Source: Oscillospiraceae bacterium
GTDB taxonomy: Bacteria; Bacillota; Clostridia; Oscillospirales; Ruminococcaceae
Length of the DNA stretch: 64,000 nt
Reading direction: 5' to 3'
Assembly (NCBI GenBank): GCA_017533485.1
Contig: JAFXIC010000046.1
Coordinates: 216-64,215 of the forward strand
Position numbers and translations under genes: made by a program
Notes under the pieces: model-generated
What the model was told of the DNA's origin: nothing
The model's database searches: none
The model's input: the letters and a program-made list of their open reading frames with translations, nothing else
Shown: piece by piece, positions 46,124 through 53,575 of the stretch
Layout of the letters: the number at the start of each line of letters is the position of its first letter
How positions within the stretch are numbered: the first letter of the stretch is position 1

Positions 46124-46152
46124 ATTATATCAGCCCGAAAAAACTTTGTCAA
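46124..46152 (-). promoter_or_regulatory. consensus sigma-A promoter of the NuoE/F-like operon
   Basis: Minus strand TTGACA (46152-46147), 17-nt spacer, TATAAT (46129-46124). Overlapped by the 9-7-9 inverted repeat GGCTGATAT/ATATCAGCC (46111-46135). Confidence 0.7.
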
Positions 46153-46411
46153 TGCCGCGGTGCCAAGAAACCATCGAAGAAATTTGGCAGGAGAGCAAAA
46201 AAGTGCAAACCATTGCAAGAAAGGCAATGCGGAAATGATAGCATCTGCAAGGAATAAAACTGCTAAAACCACATAGCTCCATGAATCCGGACGCAAAGCT
46301 TCTGAAAACGGGAATCATATCACTATTTATTTCCATTTTTGTTAAATTTGCAATTTTTGGTGAAAACTTCACTTTTATTAAGTTTACATTATTAAAAATA
46401 CATAGAAAGTG

Positions 46412-46440
46412 TTGACAAAATATTACGAATATGTTACAAT
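46412..46440 (+). promoter_or_regulatory. sigma-A promoter of dockerin-protein gene
   Basis: TTGACA (46412-46417), 17-nt spacer, TACAAT (46435-46440); ~170-nt purine-rich leader with CAGATA repeats. Confidence 0.65.
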
Positions 46441-46614
46441 GAGGTTGCAATGAACAGAAATATGCACAGAATATACAAACTATCTTCATGGTAATTGTAT
46501 ATTGTGCTTCATCCAGCTAAAACAGATACAGATAGATAAAGAACAGATAGAGAAATAGGGAAAAGGCTGTGGGAGAATAACATCCCCTGCGATGCAGGAG
46601 AAAGAGGTGCTCTC

Positions 46615-47850
46615 ATGCGAAATGTGTGTACTACAATGAAAAAGATAATCCCTGCGATCGTAAGCACTGTGCTTGCGCTGACGGGAGCGGTTTCTTTCCC
46701 TGCATCCGCAGCGGAAACAATGCGCGCGGAGCTGACCGGCGTCAGCTTCACCGACTCCGAAACCCTTGCCGCGCTGGTCTATGAAACACAAGCCGGCAAC
46801 TGTAATCTTTATGAAGACGAAGACCATACCATTCCGGCAATTCTGCCGCTCGATTCCGTCTACTCCACCAGCCAGAAATTCTATCTGCTCTGCGGCACAA
46901 GTCCGATGAAAACATGGGGCAAACAATGCTATATCTATGCACAGGGTGTGTTTGCCCATCTCTTTGATGAAATGCCCGCACATGGGCCGGAAAATAGTTA
47001 CAGCTTTCACCACTGTATCAGCGTTATGGGCTCCAGCCCCGAAGTCTCCTTCAGCCAGTTCCTCGACAGCCGTGTCATGCCGGGCGCTTATCTGCGCACA
47101 ACAAATCAAGCCGACGGAAAATATTCCGGAAGCGCCGGCCATTCCCTTATCATCCTCGGCTATAATCAGGATTCTGTCACAATTCAAGAGGGCAATGCAT
47201 TCGGCGGCGGCGAAATCCGTCTGGCAACCATGGACTGGGATCGCTTCAACCGCTCCTTCCTCTCCGGAAAAGGAAGATATGTTTCGCATATCGTTCAGCC
47301 GCGCGAGGACTATTATCTCAGTCAGTTCGGTCTTTCTTATGACTTCTCGAAGGAAAATCAGCAGGTTTCCTATGAGCCGGAGCAGCTCCTGCTCCGAAGA
47401 CTGGGCAGCGGTCTGCGGCTCTCTCTCCCAACAACCGCAAAGCCCGATGACTATGTCTGGACCAGCAGCGATGAGCAGATCGCAACGGTTGATCCCTCCG
47501 GCAATGTCACCGTACACGAGGACGGCAATGTGACCATTCAGGCAGAAGATGCGAATGCGATCTATTCCTTTGATGTCACAGTCGATGCTGTGAAATGGGA
47601 AAAGATCGGGGATGTGGACGGAAACGGTACGATCAATTGTGACGATTCCACCGCGATCCTCCTGACCTATCTCAATGACATGATGGAAGGCTCTGATGTG
47701 AGCGCGGAGGAGTTCGCACTCTACGATATCGACAATGACGGCAATATCACTGCGGATGACGCGACACTCGTTCTGTATTACTACCTCAGCAATGCGATGA
47801 GCGGGGGGGCGCTTGATGCGGAAACACTTTGGAAAGAAATTCTTGCTTGA
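46615..47850 (+). CDS. secreted dockerin protein with papain-like Cys/His domain and Big_2-like domain
   Basis: Signal peptide ..MKKIIPAIVSTVLALTGAVSFPASAAE. Candidate catalytic GKQCYIYAQGVF and AGHSLIILGY...QEGN. Ig-like VWTSSDEQIATVDPSGNVTVHEDGNVTI. Dockerin GDVDGNGTINCDD...DIDNDGNITADD. Confidence 0.7.
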   Translation: MRNVCTTMKKIIPAIVSTVLALTGAVSFPASAAETMRAELTGVSFTDSETLAALVYETQAGNCNLYEDEDHTIPAILPLDSVYSTSQKFYLLCGTSPMKTWGKQCYIYAQGVFAHLFDEMPAHGPENSYSFHHCISVMGSSPEVSFSQFLDSRVMPGAYLRTTNQADGKYSGSAGHSLIILGYNQDSVTIQEGNAFGGGEIRLATMDWDRFNRSFLSGKGRYVSHIVQPREDYYLSQFGLSYDFSKENQQVSYEPEQLLLRRLGSGLRLSLPTTAKPDDYVWTSSDEQIATVDPSGNVTVHEDGNVTIQAEDANAIYSFDVTVDAVKWEKIGDVDGNGTINCDDSTAILLTYLNDMMEGSDVSAEEFALYDIDNDGNITADDATLVLYYYLSNAMSGGALDAETLWKEILA

Positions 47851-47875
47851 AATTTCCCGAAAAATATGGTATCAT

Positions 47876-47914
47876 ATCGTCTGTAAGCATACGATGCTTG
47901 CAGACGATTTTTTC
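47876..47914 (+). terminator. strong intrinsic terminator after dockerin-protein gene
   Basis: 15-nt arms 47876-47890 / 47894-47908 (one G-U pair), loop ACG, then T6. Confidence 0.85.
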
Positions 47915-47967
47915 TCGCTTTTGCAGGCAATCAGATGAATATCCGAATATACGGGAAGGAGAACGGT

Positions 47968-48780
47968 ATGATAGATCTGCATATGCACAGCAGTTGTTCG
48001 GACGGTCAGCACTCCCCTGAAAAACTCGTGGAAATTGCGGAAACATATGGGATTACCCATCTCGCGCTGACCGATCATGACACCATCAGCGGACTTTCTG
48101 CGGCTCGTACTGCTGCGCAAAAACACGGAATCCGGTTCCTATGCGGCATCGAAATCAGCACGAATGTCCGCCATCAGCATATTCTGGGACTCGGGGTCTC
48201 TCCGGCGTCCGATGTGCTCAGGGATGCCTGTGAACAATTCGAACAGCGCCGCATCAAGCGGATGCACGGGATTCTCGATGCACTCAACGGGCTTGGGATT
48301 GCGCTCGATCCCGAACAGGTCACACGCTATGCGTCCGGTCAGGTCGGAAAACCCCATATTGCACGCGCGATGATGGACAAGGGGTATGTTTCTTCGGTTT
48401 CGGAAGCATTCGAAAAGTACCTGAGTCTGCCTCCGGTGCGTGCGGTCAAGGATTCCAAGATTTCGGATGCGGATGCGATTGCGCTGATCCACGCTGCCGG
48501 CGGACACGCCATTCTTGCGCATCCGCTGGAGCTTTCGGATTCGATGGATGCGATCGTAGAACGGATGGACTGTCTGCGCGATATGGGGCTTGACGGCGTT
48601 GAGGCGTTCTATCGTACCCATACACCTGAGCAATGTGCGTTTTTCTCTGCCTATGCCGAGCGGTATGGGCTGATTGTGACCGGCGGTTCGGATTACCACG
48701 GCGAGCTGATAAAACCGGATGTGCTTCCGGGCATCCCGCCCTACCCGCAGATCTTATCCCAGACTGCGCTTTGCTGGTAA
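47968..48780 (+). CDS. PHP-domain phosphoesterase (TrpH/YciV-like)
   Basis: ATG 47968 after GGAAGGAGA. MIDLHMHSSCSDGQHSP...LALTDHDT; 270 aa. Confidence 0.85.
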   Translation: MIDLHMHSSCSDGQHSPEKLVEIAETYGITHLALTDHDTISGLSAARTAAQKHGIRFLCGIEISTNVRHQHILGLGVSPASDVLRDACEQFEQRRIKRMHGILDALNGLGIALDPEQVTRYASGQVGKPHIARAMMDKGYVSSVSEAFEKYLSLPPVRAVKDSKISDADAIALIHAAGGHAILAHPLELSDSMDAIVERMDCLRDMGLDGVEAFYRTHTPEQCAFFSAYAERYGLIVTGGSDYHGELIKPDVLPGIPPYPQILSQTALCW

Positions 48781-48799
48781 TCCTCTATTCCCATATATA

Positions 48800-49463
48800 C
48801 AAAAACAGAGGGAAAGCCTTCCTGCTTTCCCTCATGTTCGTTATTCAATTGTAAAGCGCCCAAAATGACTCTATATCAGACCGCAAGGGTCGTAAAGGGA
48901 GCATCCGCTCCAAAAGGGGATGTTTTTTCTTTTATTTCCCATTACGCCATTGACACGAGAGTTTTGTCATTCTTTTTTCGGGTGCGGCAAAATCTATCTG
49001 CCGCGTCTGATGCACTCTGCATTTGGCCCCTACATATCGCAAACCCATTGGTCCACGGTTCTTACTGTGCGGCTTCCATATCGGAATGCAAGTTGCATCG
49101 CGGCGAAATCAAATCAACCGTTCAGTCGATCCTTGCGTTATGCACAGAAGAAGCTGTTTTCGAGCCTGCATCAATGGACGGGACGCTTGTTTCCGTATCC
49201 ATGGGACTCACACAACCTTTCCGATTCAGTTTTTCGGCGGAGGGATCTGCTTTCGTGCCGTCTGCAATACAGCGCAGACTCTGATGCGAGACTGCGGAGG
49301 CAGCCGGGAGAAACGCCGCCGGGATTCTTCAGGATTCCATGCAAACCTTGCGTGAATCATCAGCGCAACGGATGCTGCGTTGAATCCGAAGCATAGTATA
49401 CGCTGATACCCTAATTCACGTATTCCCCTTCGGATCTGTGAGGGATGTCTTGCTGTATCCTGT
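48800..49463 (-). ncRNA. candidate ~660-nt structured non-coding RNA (family unassigned)
   Basis: Consensus promoter immediately upstream and a hairpin plus U-tract at the 3' end. No RBS-preceded ORF on either strand, and the minus strand is full of stops. Includes a 10-bp long-range helix 49327-49337 / 49382-49391 enclosing smaller hairpins. Confidence 0.4.
48808..48833. terminator. bidirectional hairpin terminator, with the better U-tract on the minus strand
   Basis: GAGGGAAAGC (48808-48817) / GCTTTCCCTC (48824-48833). The minus strand continues TGTTTTTGT; the plus strand continues ATGTTCGTT. Confidence 0.7.
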
Positions 49464-49469
49464 GATTGT

Positions 49470-49498
49470 ATTATAGCACATATTCCTACAAATGTCAA
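49470..49498 (-). promoter_or_regulatory. consensus sigma-A promoter driving the candidate ncRNA
   Basis: Minus strand TTGACA (49498-49493), 17-nt spacer, TGC-TATAAT (49475-49470). Confidence 0.7.
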
Positions 49499-49543
49499 GA
49501 GGTTTTTGAAAAATTTTATGAGAAATTTTCAAAAGATTAGGGC

Positions 49544-49572
49544 TTGACATTTCGAAAAAAATAAGGTACAAT
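49544..49572 (+). promoter_or_regulatory. sigma-A promoter of DUF1292 gene
   Basis: TTGACA (49544-49549), 17-nt spacer, TACAAT (49567-49572). Confidence 0.7.
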
Positions 49573-49646
49573 ATACCCAGCGAATATCATGTTCGCAATA
49601 ATCAGCCCAAAGCTTCCCCGCTTTGGCAGAACGGAGTTAAGATACT

Positions 49647-50009
49647 ATGCTGGATCACAATGCTGAAAATGCACAGGATGAAATGATGGAAGATTTTGAA
49701 CCGGATCTCTATACCCTCGTGGATGAGGACGGCAACGAAAAGCTCTTTGAGCTCGTGGATGTGCTGGAGGAGGGCGATAAGGCTTACTTTGCGCTGATTC
49801 CTCATGTCGAGAATCCCGAAGAACTGCTCGAAGAATGTGAACTCGCTGTTCTTTCTGTCGTGAAGGATGATAAGGGCAACGAAATCCTTACACCCGTCGA
49901 GAGCGATGAAGAATATGAGCGGATCGCAAATCTCTTTATCGAACGCCTCGAAGAAGACTGTGACTGCGGCTGTGAAGATGATGACTGCGGCTGCCATCAC
50001 CACGACTGA
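49647..50009 (+). CDS. DUF1292-family acidic protein with Cys/His-rich tail
   Basis: LYTLVDEDGNEKLFELVDVLEEGDKAYFALIP is typical of DUF1292; C-terminus CDCGCEDDDCGCHHHD. Confidence 0.8.
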   Translation: MLDHNAENAQDEMMEDFEPDLYTLVDEDGNEKLFELVDVLEEGDKAYFALIPHVENPEELLEECELAVLSVVKDDKGNEILTPVESDEEYERIANLFIERLEEDCDCGCEDDDCGCHHHD

Positions 50010-50121
50010 TACACCGACAAGCGCTGACACGCTTTGGCAAAATCTCTCAGGAAATTCCGGTTGATTTTCTGGAGCGATGGGTGTATACTACTATCATCAG
50101 CCTTTTCATTTGATTTCTGCC

Positions 50122-50150
50122 TTGTTCGACCAAGTCCGATATGATATAAT
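50122..50150 (+). promoter_or_regulatory. sigma-A promoter with extended -10
   Basis: TTGTTC (50122-50127), 17-nt spacer, TGA-TATAAT (50145-50150). Confidence 0.55.
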
Positions 50151-50156
50151 CCAACA

Positions 50157-50362
50157 CTTCATATCAGGGAATCTTGGCTCTGCGCGTGGATTGCAGACCT
50201 CCCGCTTTCTCCGGTTCCGGAGCGATGCGGACGAAGGGAGCGTGAAAGGCGCAGGCGGATACCCACCTGCTTTGTGCGGGTTTTATGCGTCGGACGACGG
50301 CAAGGCGGAGCTTGAATATTTACGCGGATGCGGCAACTCGTTTTGCTGCATCCGCTTTTTTG
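50157..50362 (+). ncRNA. ~200-nt promoter-to-terminator unit (candidate sRNA or first leader segment of the phage-like operon)
   Basis: No RBS-preceded ORF. Internal helices include CTCCC..GGGAG (50209-50250 region) and GCAGG..CCTGC. Ends at terminator 50324-50362. Confidence 0.3.
50324..50362 (+). terminator. intrinsic terminator T1
   Basis: 13-bp arms 50324-50336 / 50343-50355 (one G-U pair) followed by T6. Confidence 0.8.
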
Positions 50363-50435
50363 TCATTCCGACGAATCCGGATACAAGTTATAGAGAACAT
50401 CTGTTCTATTCTCTAAATCCAAAAAAGAATCTGTT

Positions 50436-50462
50436 GAAACTTGTATCCCGGAATACAAGAAA
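50436..50462 (+). promoter_or_regulatory. 27-nt conserved element, copy B
   Basis: GAAACTTGTATCCCGGAATACAAGAAA; 20 of 27 positions match copy A at 40450-40476, with identical length and flanks. An extra inverted half-site TCCGGATACAAGTT sits at 50376-50389. Confidence 0.5.
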
Positions 50463-50504
50463 ACGCCGCTTTTGCCATATGGGTGAAGGCGGCGTTTCTT
50501 CTCC
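50462..50504 (+). terminator. terminator-like hairpin T2 in the terS leader
   Basis: AACGCCGCT / GGCGGCGTT arms followed by TTCTTCTCC; about 70 nt upstream of the terS ATG. Confidence 0.5.
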
Positions 50505-50572
50505 GCGGAGTGCCGCCGGGATTCCCCCCCACACACATAGATTCACAAAATGTTCGAAAGGTGGTTTTCAGA

Positions 50573-51127
50573 ATGACGGATACTGCGCGTTCCGAAACAC
50601 GGATTGCAGCACTGCGGCGGAAGAATTTCTGTCGCTACTACCTGCTGCTCGGCAACCCGACCGAAGCGGCGCTCCAAGCCGGTTTTGCACCGGAGAAGGC
50701 TGCGGAGGAAGCCCTCGCGCTCCTCCAGAATCACAGCTGTCGTGCGTACCTCGCAAAACTTGCCGCACAGCCCGCACTTCCGATTCAGACGCTTGTTCTT
50801 TCGGGGCTGAGCCGGCTTGCGTTCGGTTCGGCAAAGGATGCCGTAAAACTTGTGTTCTCGGAAGAAATGCCCTCGGACGAAATGCTTTCGCGTCTCGACC
50901 TTTTTCAGGTTGCTGAGCTGAAGCGCGTCAAGGGCGGCGGCGTTGAAATAAAACTCTTCGACCGCCAGAAAGCGCTCGAACGGCTGCTGGAATGTGCGAT
51001 GTCGGCAGATTCTTCTGCTGCCGCAAATGCGCTCCTTTCCGCCCTGAGCATTCCGCAGGAGGAGGCGAATGCACTTGACGATGATGAAGCCGACGCGCTT
51101 CTCCCAAAAACAACGGCGCGTTCTTAA
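50573..51127 (+). CDS. phage terminase small subunit (XtmA/Terminase_2-like)
   Basis: ATG 50573 after GAAAGGTGG. RYYLLLGNPTEAALQAGFAPEKAAEEALALLQN is an HTH-like motif typical of this family; overlaps terL. Confidence 0.7.
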   Translation: MTDTARSETRIAALRRKNFCRYYLLLGNPTEAALQAGFAPEKAAEEALALLQNHSCRAYLAKLAAQPALPIQTLVLSGLSRLAFGSAKDAVKLVFSEEMPSDEMLSRLDLFQVAELKRVKGGGVEIKLFDRQKALERLLECAMSADSSAAANALLSALSIPQEEANALDDDEADALLPKTTARS

Positions 51128-52346
51128 CTGGTGGATGCAGCCCGAAACAATGCACTATGACGCGATTATCTGTGACGGTGCGATTCGTTCGGGAAAAACC
51201 ACTGCGCTTGCGCTCGGATTTGTCATCTGGGGCTGTACGAGATTTGACCGCCAGAGCTTTGCGCTTTGCGGAAAAACCGTCACCTCGCTCCGCCGCAATC
51301 TTGTGACACCCCTCATCGCACAACTCTCTCTCCTTGGCTTTCAGGTCGAGGAAAAGGTCAGCAAGGCTTATCTCGATATCTCCTTCGGCAACCATCGGAA
51401 TCGGTTTTACTGTTTCGGCGGTAAGGACGAGGGCTCGGCTGCCCTGATTCAGGGGATTACGCTGGCTGGAGTTCTGATGGATGAGGTGGCGCTGATGCCG
51501 AAGTCCTTCGTCGAACAAGCACTCGCTCGTTGTTCTGTACCGCGCTCAAAGATGTGGTTTTCCTGTAACCCCGATAAGCCGTCCCATTGGTTTTATCGGG
51601 AATGGATTCTGATGGCGAAGCAGAAAAACGCCCTCTATCTGCATTTCACCATGGAAGACAATGCAGCGTTGACACCTGAAATCCGTGCGCGGTATGAACG
51701 GATGTATGACGGCGCATTTTATGACCGCTATGTGAAGGGGCTATGGGTGGCATCACAGGGGCTTGTCTATCCGATGTTCTCGCCGAGTAAGCATATCGCA
51801 GAACCGCCTGCACCCTGCGAACGGTATGTGATTTCCTGCGACTATGGTACAATGAACCCGACATCCTTCGGACTCTGGGGACTCAGCGAAGGCTGCTGGT
51901 ACCGGTTTGCGGAATCCTATTATGACGCTCGGAAAGCAGGTGTGCCGAAAACCGACGAGGAGCATTATCTTGCCCTCGAAGCACTCGCAAAAGACTATCC
52001 GATTGAACAGATTGTGATCGACCCTTCGGCTGCAAGCTTTATCGCCTGTATCCGAAAACACGGACGCTATGTGGTGGTACCGGCAAAGAATGATGTGCTC
52101 GCCGGAATCCATCGCGTTGCAGACGCGATTCGTGCGGAGAAAATCCGCATCGGTGCGGCGTGTCAGGATGCGCTGCGTGAATTCTCCCTCTATGCATGGG
52201 ATGCGCACGCGGGCTCGGACGCGCCTGTGAAGGAACATGACCACGCGATGGACGATATCCGCTATTTCGTGAGTACGGTTCTGGATTCTGAGGAGCGCAC
52301 GGGCTTTTATGTCACCTCGCTCTCCCGCACCGATGCAGCAAACTGA
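51069..52346 (+). CDS. phage terminase large subunit (PBSX/XtmB family)
   Basis: RBS AGGAGGAGG. Walker A ICDGAIRSGKTTAL; Walker B-like GVLMDEV; C-terminal nuclease-type acidic motifs (ISCDYG, HDHAMDDIRY). Confidence 0.85.
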   Translation: MHLTMMKPTRFSQKQRRVLNWWMQPETMHYDAIICDGAIRSGKTTALALGFVIWGCTRFDRQSFALCGKTVTSLRRNLVTPLIAQLSLLGFQVEEKVSKAYLDISFGNHRNRFYCFGGKDEGSAALIQGITLAGVLMDEVALMPKSFVEQALARCSVPRSKMWFSCNPDKPSHWFYREWILMAKQKNALYLHFTMEDNAALTPEIRARYERMYDGAFYDRYVKGLWVASQGLVYPMFSPSKHIAEPPAPCERYVISCDYGTMNPTSFGLWGLSEGCWYRFAESYYDARKAGVPKTDEEHYLALEALAKDYPIEQIVIDPSAASFIACIRKHGRYVVVPAKNDVLAGIHRVADAIRAEKIRIGAACQDALREFSLYAWDAHAGSDAPVKEHDHAMDDIRYFVSTVLDSEERTGFYVTSLSRTDAAN

Positions 52347-52362
52347 AAGGAGGTTTTTGATT

Positions 52363-53559
52363 TTGCGATTCCCCATTCCTCCCAAGAAACAGCGTGCAGC
52401 AGACTTACCGTCGGTTCCGATGCTGCTGGCGCCCAAACGCACCGCGCCAACGCATACGGCAGAAAATCTGCCGCTGCGGACGCCGCCGCCTCCGTCACCT
52501 GCGGAGTGGAAGCTCTATGACGCGCTGCGGTATGCGGTGCCGGTCGTGGACGCTGCACTCCATAAGATTGTGCGGCTCTGCGGCGGATTCCGGCTGACGG
52601 CTCAGACCCCCGAAGCACAGGCGGTTCTGGATGCGTTTTCGGAGAATGTTCCGGTGAATGCGGCAGGCTGTTCCCTCCAGTCTTTTGCGGATCAGATGCT
52701 CGATGCACTGCTGACCTACGGAAATGCAGTCGGTGAGCTGATTTGCGACGCACAGAGCGGTATGCCGCAGGGACTTGTGACTGCGCATCCGTCCATGCTC
52801 GAAATTTGTCCCGATACGCCGGTTTCCTGTCGGTATTATCTCCGCGGCACGGATGAAGCAAAGCGTCAGCCGCTTGCACATCCCGAACGAATTCTGTTCG
52901 CGGCACTTTCTCCTCCGCCCTCCGGCATTTATGGTGTATCGGTATTGCGCGGTCTTCCGGCACTTTCCAAAATCCTGCTTCGGATTTACGAATGTGTCGG
53001 TCAGAACTATGACCGCGCCGGAAATGTCCGCTATGCGGTTACCTATCACCCCGATGCGAATGCCGCAGCGTTCGCACAGTCCCACGCAAAGGAAATCAGT
53101 GATGCCTGGAAACATGGCATTCAGGCGGCTTCCTATGGCGAGGTTCAGGACTTTGTTGCGGTCGGCGATATCGACATCAAGGTGATTGGTGCCGAAAACC
53201 AGCTCTTCGATACGAATGTGCCGGTGCGCCAGCTCCTGGAGCAGATCGTCTCGAAACTCTCTATTCCGCCGTTCCTGCTGGGATTTTCGTGGTCCACAAC
53301 AGAACGGATGTCTACCCAGCAGGCAGATATTCTCACTTCCGAGCTGGAATATTTCCGCAGACTCCTTTCCCCGATTCTCCGGAAAATCGGAAATGCCGTT
53401 CTCCATAGCGCCGGCTTTTCCGAATCGGTTCAGGTCGCTTGGGACAGCATCAATCTTCAGGATGAAACGGAGCTTGCGGAAGCACGCCTGAAAAATGCGC
53501 AGGCAAAGCAAATCGAACAGCAGCTGGATGCGTCCGGCTGTCAGTCCCCCGAATCATGA
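52363..53559 (+). CDS. phage portal protein (probable)
   Basis: Position immediately after terL; ~400 aa. Start uncertain: TTG 52363 lies 9 nt after GAAAGGAGG, and ATG 52333/52309 are alternatives. Confidence 0.6.
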   Translation: MRFPIPPKKQRAADLPSVPMLLAPKRTAPTHTAENLPLRTPPPPSPAEWKLYDALRYAVPVVDAALHKIVRLCGGFRLTAQTPEAQAVLDAFSENVPVNAAGCSLQSFADQMLDALLTYGNAVGELICDAQSGMPQGLVTAHPSMLEICPDTPVSCRYYLRGTDEAKRQPLAHPERILFAALSPPPSGIYGVSVLRGLPALSKILLRIYECVGQNYDRAGNVRYAVTYHPDANAAAFAQSHAKEISDAWKHGIQAASYGEVQDFVAVGDIDIKVIGAENQLFDTNVPVRQLLEQIVSKLSIPPFLLGFSWSTTERMSTQQADILTSELEYFRRLLSPILRKIGNAVLHSAGFSESVQVAWDSINLQDETELAEARLKNAQAKQIEQQLDASGCQSPES

Positions 53560-53575
53560 AAGGAGCAGTAGGATT

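Noticed and set aside
46486-47517. 343-aa minus-strand ORF opposite the dockerin/papain-like gene
   Set aside because: The plus-strand product has a signal peptide, an Ig-like domain and a dockerin. The minus frame has no start context.
48865-49498. Four short ORFs (139, 158 and 110 aa on plus; 90 aa on minus) in the PHP-DUF1292 intergenic region
   Set aside because: The three plus ORFs overlap in all three frames and none has an RBS. The minus ORF begins upstream of the -35 of the only strong promoter. The region is better explained as non-coding (see the ncRNA candidate).
50157-50362. Possible identity of this ~200-nt unit, or of the 48800-49463 RNA, as 6S RNA, tmRNA, SRP RNA or RNase P RNA
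   Set aside because: I could not find the diagnostic cores: RNase P GAGGAAAGUCC, a tmRNA tag-reading frame plus tRNA-like 3' end, the SRP GGAA/AGCA domain IV motif, or long end-to-end pairing for 6S. Identity is left open, not asserted.
50077-50916. 279-aa ORF spanning the non-coding leader and the 5' half of terS in another frame
   Set aside because: It runs through two intrinsic terminators and a promoter, has Arg/Gly/Ser/Ala-rich low-complexity composition and no RBS. The terS frame has an RBS and family motifs.
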